Shown here: positions 13,323-25,317 of the stretch, in pieces
Layout of the letters: the number at the start of each line of letters is the position of its first letter
Numbering within the stretch: position 1 is the first letter of the stretch
NCBI GenBank assembly: GCA_030390025.1
Contig: CM059431.1
Location: 107,386,001 to 107,450,000 of the forward strand
Length of the DNA stretch: 64,000 nucleotides
Direction of reading: 5' to 3'
DNA from: Squalus acanthias
Lineage: Eukaryota
Notes under the pieces: generated by a model
What the model was told of the DNA's origin: nothing
What the model saw: only the letters and a program-made list of their open reading frames with translations
The model's database searches: none
Program-made: the position numbers and the translations under genes

Positions 13323-14689
13323 CTGATAAACCCTAGAAAGAGCTACCGATAAATTTTTGCTTGGCTTGAAAACAATGTTGGCATACGATGACCAATCTGT
13401 TCATTTGTAAAGCAAATTTCGAGTTAACTAATACAATTATCATTGGTAGCAGGGCTTAAATGGGATATACTAAGTTAGTATCAACATATTTTGCTGCCCA
13501 TTACAGGAAGGGATTGTAAACTAAAATTGTTTCAGTTTTTCATGCAGTGATAGTATCTCAACCTCAACCTCCCAAGAATTTGCCTGCTACGTTGATACGA
13601 TGCATTTTTCATCTCACACGCAAAGTACTTAACATATTTTTGTGATTAATAATCAAAAGGATCGAACGTGATGTATATGGAAAGAGAACCTTTCTCTCCC
13701 TTTCCCGTCCTGCACACTTGGATTATAAGGAGGTAACACAATTATTTTCCGGATCTCCATCTTGCAGTACTGCACAGAACAAGCATTTTGTATAATGTCA
13801 AGAGGGAACGAGGTCTGCATTCATTGAATTCAAGATGAAAATTGCAATAAAATTAATTTCTAACAGTCCCCCAAAATAGATTTTCAGCATTATTCTTGAG
13901 CCAGCTAATCCATTTATTCTAAAAATAAACCCTGTTGAATTCAATGGTAAAAGAAAAATGCCCAAGGAGCCAGACTAATTTGCAGTAATTTAGCTAAGGG
14001 CTCCAGATATCTTTAAATGTACACATAAGCCCTTTATAGCTGCACTTTGCCATTTCACATTTAACTCAATACAATGGGGAACTGATGCTTTCTAAGGCTT
14101 AAGCCAATATTCTTTTCAGAAGTTTCGAGAAATAAAGTGAGTAAAATGTCTGTGATTCTTTAGCACACAGAAGTTATCAAAAGGATCTTGAACTAGACCC
14201 TCTTGCTCGGGTAAACTTCCCTGGTAACTGTTGTTTCTCTGGTACCTCAATCCAAGTGAGCCCACATGGCAAGTGTCACCTAGCTGATCAACCACATGAA
14301 GCACCACAGCGGAGCTTGATGCTGTTGTTGCCCAGTGTTCATACACATGCTCGAAGGCAGGGGTCATGGGATAGCAAACAGAAGCCGGATTTCTGTCACC
14401 AAAAATCTATCGATCTCAGCCTTGAATATACTCAACAACTGAGCATCCACAGCCCTCCAAGGTAGAGAATCTTCCAACCCATGGGTTTTGAGGCCAAGTG
14501 TAGCATCCCAAATGCAGCCTCAACTGAGATCAGGTAACTCAGCACAGAACGTGAACTTAATCAGGGATGATCTAGTATGAAAGACTAAATGATGCACCAG
14601 GTAGTCCCTTCACTCATTAGGCCACAGATTAATATTTTAAAATCTCTAAAATGTAGGCAAAATTCTTCTGTAATTTAGAAGGTTTTGTG

Positions 14690-14824
14690 CAATGTTCCCT
14701 TTAAGCTGTGCAGCCGTGACTACGCAGGGCTCCTGGGAACCTGCGCAGCTGGCTTGCCGGCTTTTCAATGCAAAAAACACTTTAAGGGGCTGCGTGGCGC
14801 CAAAAATAGTTGCAGGGAACATTG
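14690..14824. mobile_element. 135-bp hAT-type MITE
   Basis: Perfect 11-bp TIR CAATGTTCCCT/AGGGAACATTG; 8-bp TSD GTTTTGTG / GTCTTGTG (7/8). Confidence 0.8.
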
Positions 14825-14879
14825 GTCTTGTGATATGTGAAAAAGCATATATCACTGTGACATTGAATGTCAGTATGCT

Positions 14880-15166
14880 TACATAAGAATCTTAAGAAAT
14901 AGGAGCAGGAGTCGGCCAGACAGCCCTTCGAGCCTGCTCCGCCATTCAATAAGATCATGGCTGATCTTCGACCTCAACTCCACTTTCCCGCCCGATCTTC
15001 ATATCCCTTGATTCCCCTAGAGTCTAAAAATCTATCGATCTCAGCCTTGAATATACTCAACGACTGAGCATCCACGGCCCTCTAAGATAGAGAATTCCAA
15101 AGATTCACAACCATCTGAGTGAAAAAACTCCTCCTCACCTCAGTCCCAAATGGCCGACCCCTTATC
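14880..15166 (-). mobile_element. CR1 LINE 3' end
   Basis: Reverse complement of the CR1 3' UTR seen at 21300-21477. Confidence 0.9.
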
Positions 15167-16113
15167 TTTACATAGAGCTACCAATCACAATCTACATCGC
15201 ATTAAAATCAACAACATAGATTGCAAATCTGTGGGTAGCTCTATGTAAGCAGAATGACATATAGTTATAGTTATGCACAGTTTTAAACATTGTAAGTGTT
15301 CTAATAGCTCTCCGGGACAAACTCAGTCTAATCTAAGCTATAGGATTACCACTGAGCTAAATTAATATCAGAGCCCAAATTGGCCTCCCGAATCCTTGAA
15401 AATGTTTGTGGTTTATACAACCATACAATACTGCTGAAACATTATTCTTCCTAGAAATGTGTTACCTAACTGCTATCATCCGATTTTAATGTAGTTGAAT
15501 CCAAATATGGTGGAAAAAAATCTATTAACTCAAGATATTTAAAAAAGAAATTCTCATTTTACAAACCAAAAAAATGTACCCAGACAGTCTCCAAAATAAT
15601 AAGGGGGAAAAATTCAGTTGGTTGCGCCTCCCATTAGCGCCTTAAGAGGGCGCTAATGGGGCGCAAAGCCGCTAGCGCCCGGGCGCAGCGATGTTTGCGC
15701 CGCTCGGGAACTTAACTAGACATTGTGTGGCGGCGCTAAACTTTACCGCCGCGACCACCTGCGCGCGCAGATTGTGACGTCATTCCATGGTGCATCGCCC
15801 TTGTGGCGCCCCGGAGCGGAAATTGAGTGGCGCCCCCTGCCTTACCGCCTGGCACATCCAACGACCGGAAGACTGGAACGCTATCAATCGCTGTGGGGCT
15901 GGGGGGGGCGCTATTTAAAGGGGGCCTCTTCCTGTCTTTTTCTGTGGTTGACATTTTTGCACCACTCATTCTGAGAGAGAGAGAGAGATTCAGAGAGAGA
16001 GAAAGAGAGACTTCTGCATTGAGTCAACGCTTTGTGAGGTAGTTTTGCCTACTGATCCTAACTTCGCTGGTACTTTGGTTGCTGTCCTTCATAACTTTGC
16101 TTGCAAAGAGACT

Positions 16114-17274
16114 ATGGGGGCTGCACTGAATGGGGGCGTCGTCCTGCTCCAGCTGAATCGGAGGACACAGAGATGCAGAGAGAGAGTGGCAATGATGGCC
16201 AGACGGAGGAGGGCCAACAGGCGTCTGTACAGGAGAGCTTACCCTCCCAGGGTATATCGTGAACAGCTCTCCTACATTCATATGTCTGAGGAGCTGTGTT
16301 TGCGAAGGCTGCGATTCAGCAAGGAGGTGGTCACTGAGCTCTGCCACCTGCTGCAGCCAGATCTGCAGCCTCAACTGAGGTCCAGGACGTCTCTGTCGGT
16401 GGCAGTGAAGGTCACAGTGGCTCTCAACTTCTATGCTACTGGCTCATTTCAAGCTGCTGCTGGGGACCTCGCCAATATCTCCCAGTTCGCGGTGCATTGC
16501 TGCATCCGGCAGGTCACAAATGCCCTCTTTAAAAGGAGACGAGAGTTCATCTCTTTCCCCATGACCCTAGACAAGCAGCGTGACCACGCTCTGGGCTTTG
16601 CGAGGATAGCAGGCTTCCCCCTGGTGCAGGGCGCCATTGACTGCACGCATGTGGCTTTGCGTGCTCCACATGAGAATGCCGAGGAATTCCGGAACAGAAA
16701 GGGGTTCCATTCCTTGAATGTTCAGTTGGTCTATGACCACAGACAGCTGATACTCGCTGTCAATGCCCACTATCCTGGCAGCTGCCACGATGCTTTCATC
16801 CTGCGCCAGACTACTGTGGCAGAACTTTTCGAGGCACCGCATCAGCCAGTTGGTTGGCTTCTCGGGGACAAGGAGTATCCATTGAGCACCTGGCTGATGA
16901 CACCGCTCCGTACGCCCAACACCCCTGCTGAGCTGCGGTACAACGAGAGCCATCAAGCTACCAGGAACATCATTGAGCGCACAATCGGCGTGCTGAAGCA
17001 ACGGTTCCGCTGTGTCGACCATTCTGGAGGAGCCCTGCAGTACTCGCCTGAGCGAGTATCCAACTTCGTAGTTGTGTGCTGCATGTTGCATAACATGGCA
17101 ATCGTCAGGACCCAGCCAATGCCACCAGGCCTTGGAGCACCACCAGAGGAGGAGGAGGAAGAGGAGGAAGAGGACGAGGAGGATGATCATCAGCAGCACC
17201 AAGGCGGGAGGACGGCCCACAATGGTGAAACTGCAAGGGCCGTCCGTCAACGGCTGATAGCAAGCCGCTTCTAG
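16114..17274 (+). CDS. Harbinger DDE transposase (HARBI1-like, DDE_Tnp_4 type), 386 aa from first ATG
   Basis: Uninterrupted ORF with GAIDCTHV, NRKGFHSLNVQ, YPGSCHDAFIL, LLGDKEYPL, IERTIGVLKQRFRC, CCMLHN and an acidic tail. Confidence 0.95.
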   Translation: MGAALNGGVVLLQLNRRTQRCRERVAMMARRRRANRRLYRRAYPPRVYREQLSYIHMSEELCLRRLRFSKEVVTELCHLLQPDLQPQLRSRTSLSVAVKVTVALNFYATGSFQAAAGDLANISQFAVHCCIRQVTNALFKRRREFISFPMTLDKQRDHALGFARIAGFPLVQGAIDCTHVALRAPHENAEEFRNRKGFHSLNVQLVYDHRQLILAVNAHYPGSCHDAFILRQTTVAELFEAPHQPVGWLLGDKEYPLSTWLMTPLRTPNTPAELRYNESHQATRNIIERTIGVLKQRFRCVDHSGGALQYSPERVSNFVVVCCMLHNMAIVRTQPMPPGLGAPPEEEEEEEEEDEEDDHQQHQGGRTAHNGETARAVRQRLIASRF

Positions 17275-17586
17275 GGCCCCTGCTGTGGAAATGGCTTCTG
17301 CCATTGCTAACAACATCAATGAACCCAGCACGCAACCCCTAAGCCGGCCAAGGCACCAATGATTCCAAACACCAAACATGTATATTTTGAATACAAAAAC
17401 TTATTTATTTTACAAACTCTGTGTGTGTCATTTCCTCATGACAAACTCATAGAAATAAACACAAAAAAACAGTCATTAACATAACTGGTTCTCACAACCT
17501 GGTGATAATGTCCAAAACACTAGACAAAAGTTGGACCACGAACCTCGGCCTTTAATAAAAAAATGACCAGCATTTTGTCACACCTC

Positions 17587-19406
17587 CTACTTTTTGCCCT
17601 TCGAGGGTGATCTCCTTCCCTTGCGCACTTCCCCCCTTCTAACCCTACTGCTCCTCCGTAATGGGACCTCAGTGGCTGCAGCAAGGCTGGTGGAACGCTA
17701 CTGATTATCAGACCCTGACACTGCAGATGCCCCTGAAGGACGGCCTCGACCAGATCTGGGCCTGGAGGGCCCGGCTGCAGACTGCACCAACTCTGCATGG
17801 GCGGCAGCAGTCTGTTCTACGGGCGGTGGCAAGTGCAGTGGAGAAGTGACAGTGTTGGCAGCAGGAATGCTGTCATCGTGAGAGAGGACAGCAACTCCCT
17901 GCTCGACCGACACGCTGGCACTCCCACGGGGCAGCACTTCAGCATCCGGAGCAATCTGCTGGAGCACAGATTGCTGGCCTGCTGCGGCGCGGTGAGAGCC
18001 CCGGGGACATGTGAACGAACCATCGAGGTTGGCAGCAGTCAGTGCTCGCGTGGCCTCAATCTGAGTCTGCATGAGAGCAGTCAGAGATGGGATCACGGCA
18101 GTCAGTGACTGAATTGCAGCACTAAGCTTTAGTGTGGCATCCGCCTGTGCTACAGCGAAGTGCTCCACACTCCTTGCCAGTGACTCAATGCATTCGGGCA
18201 CCCTTCCCACTGCACCCATGAGCTCAGTGTGCATGCCCACCGCCTGGCTGTTCATTTCTGATATCAGCCGCTCCTCCTCTGCGTCCATTGCAGTAGGAGT
18301 CTCTGGCCTACTCTCCCTCTGGGGAGAAGGCCCCCGTTCTTCCCTACCCCCATGGCGTTGCTGCAGCCCGCTGGGTCCTGGAGCTTCACCCTCATCAGAC
18401 CCTTCCCCCCTGCTCCCCTCCAGGGAAGGCGTGTTCCCAGTGTGGGCATGGGCTTCCTCGGGAGAGGGTGGCACTGATGCTCCGGCTTCCTCTTCCTCCT
18501 CGGCTGCAGCTTCACTCCCACTGGCAGCTTCAGGGCCCGTCTCCTCAGCTGGTGAATCACCATCTGAAAGCAGGGAGGTACAAGAGTGGCTTTAGCGTGA
18601 GGACAGGGTGGCAGTAAGGGAGGAATAAGTGCAGCGAGTTAGCAAGTTGGATTGAAAGTGTCAAAGGCTGGTGTTGTGAGGGACAAGTGAAAGGACAGAG
18701 GACAAAAAGGTGATGACCTTACCATTGCTGTCCAGAACGGGGTCGGCGTCTCCAGTGGTGACGGGACCGATCACCCGGCTTGCCACAATCCTGTGGACGC
18801 GCTCCTCAAGATCGCTGAGGAGTTGCAGCTGAGGCCGCCCTCCACCTGTCCGTTGCTGCTGTCTCCTATTATGCGCCAGCTTGGCCTGCAAGAAAAAGGA
18901 CAGCATCTGAGTAAATATACAGCCATGGTCTTGCCTGATGTGCCTCCCATAGGTGAATAGCCCTTACTGTATGCAGCCATGGTCTTGCCTGATGTGCCTC
19001 CCATAGGTGAATAGCCCTTACTGTATGCAAAGTGTGGAATGTGTGTGTGTGTTTCATGAAAGGGCCATAGGTGTTGGATGAGTGTTGTGCATTGGGGTTT
19101 TAAGACCCTCTGGACATAGAGTGAGGTTGAGATGGAGGGATGGAGAGGTATTGAGAAAAAGCCACTCACCCTGACGACCCGAGTGAGGTCGTTGAACTTT
19201 TTGCGGCATTGAACATGGGTCCTGGGCACTATGCTCCTGGAGGAGACGCTCTGAGCCACCTCCCTCCACACTCTTCTGTACTTGCGTGGCAAAGGCCTCC
19301 TGCCACTCTCAGGGAAGAGTATAGATCTTCTGCGCGCCACCGCGCCAACCAGAGCATCCAAGGCCCGCTCGGTGAAGCGCTGAGCTCGTTCTCAAACCCT
19401 CTCCAT
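17587..19406 (-). pseudogene. Harbinger Myb/SANT-like DNA-binding gene, 3 exons (19406-19170, 18885-18723, 18563-17587), ~458 codons, two nonsense codons
   Basis: RAQRF..LDALV..WREVAQSV..RTHVQCRKKFNDLTR, then AKLAHNRRQQQRTGGG. GT-AG introns keep the frame (phase 0, then 1). In-frame TGA at 19394-19392 and TAG at 17700-17698. Confidence 0.88.
18920..19029. repeat. Perfect 54-bp tandem duplication in intron 1 of the Myb-like gene
   Basis: CAGCCATGGTCTTGCCTGATG...TACTGTATG at 18920 and 18974. Confidence 0.95.
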
Positions 19407-20384
19407 CCTTGGCAGCAAAATGGATTCACAGGTCTCTCCAGGCCGAGATTCAAGGCTGCAATGAGCAGGGTGTGGCTGGGGAGCAAGTTGTCCCCCCCCC
19501 TTTAAGAACTGGCCGGCGCCAGTGTGTCTGTGTTCCCTCGCTAACTGGCAGCACCTGCGCTGCGCTCGCGCGCTGAGTTAGCGCCTCACTGCTCGGCCTT
19601 TGCGCCTTAAGACAGGTGTGCAGCACCTGATTTAGCGCTCCACTCACCTCCCGGGGCGGTAAAAGTGAAGTTTCCAATCAGTGGCGATAATTAGCGCCAG
19701 GCGCTAATTTTTGCGTCCAGACGATATTTGCGCCCCAAACGGGGCGCGACCTAATTTTTCCCCCTAAGTCTCCAAATATTGACAATTCCGCTCCCTCCAT
19801 GCTTGTCGTTCAGTATCCACATTGATAACCGGATTACTCAGTATCAGTGCACTTCAGCATCAAAAGGAATACCAGGTTGGACATACCTGAACAATGTTTG
19901 TTGAGTATTGATCACTGAGTAATCCTGCTGGCTCCTTGGAAGGGGTCTGAACAGAATCTGAATCAAGTGCGTTATCTGCTTAACAAATGGCAAGTGGTCC
20001 CTAAATTCTCTTCAGACCTGAGGCAAGGTCCAGCATTGAACCAGCTTCATAGGCACGTTTGCAAAAAACAAATTCTTCACCATTCTTCCCCCTTCTGAAC
20101 ACTGCCTGGAGTTCTTAGCTGTCCGTGCCACAAAGGAAAAGGAAGTGAATTTTCTGCTATTTCAGGTAGAAATTATGCAGGGATGCGTAAGGCAAACATC
20201 TTGATCTGGCCATGAACCTGTGCTATTGTAATCATTTTATGCAACTCACTTCAGCCAACAGAGTTAAAATGATCATTTCTCTGAAGAGTTTCTGAGTTTC
20301 TCCGCTGTCTAATTATATGAACACTGGCAGTTAAAACTCACACCAGTTCACACTAGCAGAAAAGTATAATAACCTTTCTGACGA

Positions 20385-21080
20385 CGACAACAACAATTTG
20401 CATTTATATAGCACCTTTAACCTAGTAAAAGTCCCAAAGCGCTTCACTGGAGCGTTATAAAACAAAAAGAGATAGCAAGGCGGAGAGGCTAAGGGAGGAA
20501 ATTCCAGAGCTCAGGGCTTAGACATCTGAAGGCACGGCCGTCAATGGTGGAGCGATGAAAAATGAGGATGCGCAAGAGCCCAAAATGGGTGGAGCGCAGA
20601 GATCTTGGGGGGTTGTAGGGCTAAAGGAAGTTACAGAGATAGGGAGGGGGCGAAGCCATGGAGGGATTTGACAAGAAGGATGAGAATTTTAAAATCGAGG
20701 CGTTGCGAGACCGGGAGCCGATGTAGGTCAGCAAGCACAGGGGTGATGGGTGAATGAGATTTGGTGAAGGTTAGGATAGGGGCAGCAGTGTTTTGGATGA
20801 GCTCAAGTTTACAGAAGGGGTAAGGTGGGAGGCTGGCCAGGAGAGCATTGGAATAGTCGAGTCTAGAGGTAACAAAGACATGGATGAGGGTTTCAGCAGC
20901 AGATGAGCTGAGGCATGGGCGGAATCGGGTGATATTACGGAGGTGGAAATGGGCGGTCTTGGTGATGGAGAGGATATGGGGTCAGAAGCTCAGTTCAGTG
21001 TCAAATAGGATGCCGAGGTTGCGAACGTTCTGGTTCAGCATCAGGCTGTGACCAGGGACAGTCTTGGTGTCGGTGCCTAG
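20385..21080 (-). mobile_element. L2 LINE 3' fragment
   Basis: Reverse complement of the L2 at 23505-24119; (CAA)n tail on the left. Confidence 0.9.
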
Positions 21081-21099
21081 GGAATGGCAAAATAATATA

Positions 21100-21477
21100 T
21101 AAAATTCTGACAGGGCTAGACAGACTGGATGAAGGGAGGATGTTTCCCCTGGCTGGGGGCTCTAGAACGAGGGGTCACAGTCTCAGGATACGGGGTAGGA
21201 CATTTAGGACTGAGATGAGGAGAAATTTTGTCACTCAGAGGGTGGTGAACCTGTGGAATTCTCTACCACAGGAGGCTGTGGAGGCCAAGTCACTGAATAT
21301 ATTTAAGAAGGAGATAGATAGATTTCTAGACACAAGTGGCATCAAGGGGTATGGGGAGAGAGTGGGAATATGGTATTGAGATAGAGGATCAGCCATGATC
21401 CTATTGAATGGCGGAGCAGGCTCGAAGGGCCGAATGGCCTACTCCTGCTCCTATTTTTCCATGGTTCTATGTTTCTA
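21100..21477 (+). mobile_element. CR1 LINE 3' fragment (young subfamily)
   Basis: Near-identical to 4935-5307 and to the reverse complement of 27479-27850. Confidence 0.95.
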
Positions 21478-22189
21478 AAATAATATAACCAACTTATTGA
21501 TGCAAGTATTCTGCCACTTCTGTTGCAGCACATTACCAGAGAATAGGCCCTACACTACAGATCAATACAGCAACTAAAAGTACTTGAAAGCTTTTCCAGA
21601 TAACTTTAGAGTTAAGCTCTGGTGCTTGTCTGTAATAAAGGCATCCCGTCAAATTTGTCCTGGTTGATTTCTCAACCCAAAAGTGAAGAAAATGTGTTCA
21701 TCAGATCCAGGAGACCTAGCTGTGGGACACAATATTGAACCTTTTAAAGGTAAGACTGGCAATTATCAAACACAGATGTTTTAAGCTGTAAAATTATTCC
21801 AATTAATTCTGTGATGAAATTGTTTGCACCTCCTCCCTCTTAACAAGAAGCAAACATGTTTCCCTTAATAGGATTCACTAAAAGAAACTTTTCAGTTCCT
21901 TACCTTAAGCAGAAGTATGCAGGAATGAAGGACATAAGGTAAATTCTCTTAACAGGGATGCACCATCTAGACACTCTAAAGCAAGTATCTTTATAAATTC
22001 CGTTACGCTTGAATGCAACCCTATAATCGGATAATCTGAATGGTGACCTTTTGTGGTAACAGCATGCTGTTATTAAAATTATCTTTCTTTTATCCATTTT
22101 TTGGTTACCTTACTCTATTACTTTTGCTTGAACAATGAATACTGATAATATTATGGTGATTACTGACTTGGGGGACTTACTGGGGGAGA

Positions 22190-22697
22190 TACAAGTAAAG
22201 AGTGTGATGGAATACTCTCCACTTGCCTGGATGAGTGCAGCTCCAACAACACTCAAGAAGTTCGACACCTTCCAGGATAAAGCAGCCCGCTTGACTGACA
22301 CCCCATCCACCACCTTAAACATTCACTCCATCCAGCACCGGCGTACGGTGGCTGCAGTGTGTACCATCTACAAGATGCACTGCAGCAACTCGCCAAGGTT
22401 TCTTCGGCAGCACCTCCCAAACCCACGACCTCTTCCACCTAGAAGGACAAGGGCAGCAGGCACATGGGAACACCACCACCTCCAAGTTCCCCTCCAAGTC
22501 ACACACCATCCTGACTTAGAAGTATATCGCCGATCCTTCATCGTCGCTGGGTCATCGTGTGGGAGTACCTTCACCACACGGACTGCAGCGGTTCAAGAAG
22601 GCGACTCACCAACACCTTCTCAAGGACAATTAGGAATGGGCAATAAATGCTGGCATTGCCAGCGACGACCACATCCCATAAGCGAATTTAAAAAAAA
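22190..22697 (+). mobile_element. CR1-superfamily LINE 3' fragment (distinct family)
   Basis: VMEYSPLAW..DTFQDKAARL..HRRTVAAVCTIYKMH ORF2 C-terminal motifs; A-rich end. A second copy lies at ~47570-47855. Confidence 0.8.
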
Positions 22698-23504
22698 TAT
22701 CGAACATGGTAACCGGGGGAGTTAGACGTTAGGAAAGACTAAACTATTAGAAAAAAAATGCAAAAAAACTTACATAGTCCTGTAAAAGGTGGATGCTAAT
22801 GTGATTTTCAGTAACCCAGAGCTTATTTATCCACTAAATTGTACTTCACAATCTGGATGTAATTTGCACTACTTTACTGTCTATAAGATTATCACACCAT
22901 TTATCCCTTGCAGTTGAATTATTGCATTATATATTGCCTTTCTATTGAACCTGCTAAGCATCAAAGACAACAAAGGATTCTTTGAAGAACCTAACAAACT
23001 GAATGTGTGTAGTGATGATATGTCTGAGACCAGTGTGTGACACTAGCTGGATAAAACCTGACATAAATACGCAGTGACACCTTATAGATGTCTTGGAAAA
23101 CCAATTTAAAGAATTGAATTCCAATCCTTTGGGATATTCTGTCTGTAAAATGAAGCAGTCATTTAAAAAACTCCAGCATCTCTGCATCAGATATTAGAAA
23201 ACACAGGTCACACAAGTCTATGTCATTAAGGTGATGTCAAAAGGGTTTGATTTTTTTTTTCCCTGTTAAAATATTGCGCATGCATTATTTATTATGCATT
23301 CCGAAAGGAATAAGATTCATAAACTTGCCCACTCCTGAAGTTGTATTTGGCTTTTATTTTAGATTGGGAAGTTGCACACTGTTGACGATGTAAAGCCAAT
23401 GTTTGGTTAAAGCCATTCTTTGTATTATTTTGGAGGCTGCCTTTACAATTCAGACACGCTTGTAAGAAAAAAATGTGCACACTATTTTTTTTGTTGATGT
23501 TAAT

Positions 23505-24119
23505 GTCTGTCGCTGCTGAAACCCTCATCCATGCCTTTGTTACCTCCAGACTTGACTATTCCAATACACTCCTGGCTGGTCTCCCACGTTCTACCCTACG
23601 TAAACTTGAGGTCATCCAAAACTCTGCTGCCCGTGTCCTAACTCGCACCAAGTCCCGTTCGCCCATCACCTCTGTGCTCGCTGACCTACATTGGCTCCCG
23701 GTTAAGCAGCGCCTCGATTTCAAAATTCTCATCCTTGTTTTCAAATCCCTCCATGGCCTCGCCCCTTCCTATCTCTGTAATCTCCTTCAGCCCCACAACC
23801 TCATGAAATATCTGCGCTCCTCTAATTCTGCCCTCTTGAGCATCCCTGATTATAATCGCTCAACCATTGGTGGCCGTGCCTTCTGTTGCCTGGGCCCTAA
23901 GCTCTGGAATTCCCTGCCTAAACCTGTCCGCCTCGCTACCTCCCTTTCCTCCTTTAAGATGCTCCGTAAAACCTACCTCTTTGACCAAGCTTTTGGTCAC
24001 CTGCCCTAATTTATCCTTATGGGGATCGGTGTCAAATTCTTTTGTCTTAAAATATTCCTGTGAAGCGCCTTGGGACGTTTTACTACGTTAAAAGCGCTAT
24101 ATAAATACAAGTTGTTGTT
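23505..24119 (+). mobile_element. L2 LINE 3' fragment
   Basis: AETLIHAFVTSRLDYSN..QNSAARVL..LHWLPVKQRLDFKIL, classic L2 ORF2 C-terminus; (TTG)n tail. Confidence 0.95.
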
Positions 24120-24639
24120 CTTGCCAATTAGTACGGTGCCGGTCATGTTTTTCCTGTGGTTGATTTAGTGAAAAATGGACTTGATAGTGCAAATTCCAGA
24201 AAACCAACCAATCACAATGCCTGATGCTGCTTTCAAAGTTCTTCATTGGCTGTAAGGCGCTTTAGAACATCCTGAGGTTGTGAAAGGCGCTGTATAAATA
24301 TAAGTTCTTTCTTTCTTTCAGAGTGGTGCAACATAGGCCATTTGAGCCCAAACTGCGGAGGTAAAGGTAAGCTGAGTGGCCCCAATGGAAGGCTAGGATG
24401 ACCCTAGGAAAAATAATTTCTAAATCACCTTTCAGCTTTCCTTGCAGCATTTCTCAGACACTTGAGCCACATTCTGGGTAGCAGACCTAATTTAAATAAG
24501 AGAGTAATTAACTTTATCCGCACTTTCTGTGCAGGGTGTGTGCACCAGTTGAACCCTCAGATGCCCTCAGCACCCGAAAATATGGCACCTTGGCATTCAT
24601 GTTTTTGGGCTTGAGCCCATAAGCTCGCTTTACTGATGG

Positions 24640-24960
24640 AGTGTTGCATTGTCGGAGATGCTGTCATTTAGATTAGATATTAAACTGAAACCATGTCTGT
24701 CTGTTCAAATGAATGTAAACAATCCCATGGTAATATTAGAAGAGCAGGGGTCCTGGCCAACATTCTTTCCCACATCATTACAACAGATTATCTGAACATT
24801 CATCTCAATTTCTGTTCTTGGGACCTTGCTATGCACAAATTGGATAGCTTGTTTGTCTGCAAAATAACAATGACTGCACTTCAAAAGTAACTTATCGGCT
24901 CTGAAGCACTTTGGGACATCCTGAGGTCTTGAAGGGCACTATATCAATGCAAATTTTTTT
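24640..24960 (+). mobile_element. Degenerate DeuSINE-like SINE
   Basis: Partial match to the core and tail of 38265-38734. Confidence 0.7.
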
Positions 24961-25317
24961 CTATTTTTAAATACAAATTTCCAGGCCTGTAATTCTGTTT
25001 CCCAAGGGCAAGTGAGCTGTTAGGCTGATGTGGACCTTCACCTTTCATGTTTGCCATGGATCTCCTACTTCCATGCTGGCATAAAAATAGATACTTTTGT
25101 TAAAATTGCAAATAAATTTAAGGTAAGTTTATTATTGTCTTTTATAAAATAGGGGAGTGCTTTGAATAAAAATTACTTCCCTCCCCCAGCTTTTCTTCCC
25201 CAAATAATGGTTCATTCTTACTGAATGATAAATGAATTACTCAAATTGTGCCAAAGTACCCTGTTCTAATATTGTGATGATGGAGATATATATATATATA
25301 TATACACACGCATGTAC

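Larger units (their letters stand above)
15603..19764 (+). mobile_element. Full-length PIF/Harbinger DNA transposon (4162 bp)
   Basis: Perfect 12-bp TIRs GGGGGAAAAATT (15603-15614) / AATTTTTCCCCC (19753-19764). TAA TSD (15600-15602 / 19765-19767). Two convergent genes, transposase and Myb/SANT-like. Confidence 0.97.

Noticed and set aside
16114..17274. Domesticated host gene HARBI1
   Set aside because: Lies within intact TIRs and a TSD with a Myb-like partner, so it is a transposon copy; no gene symbol assigned
16567..17379. 270-aa antisense ORF
   Set aside because: Shadow of the GC-rich transposase frame
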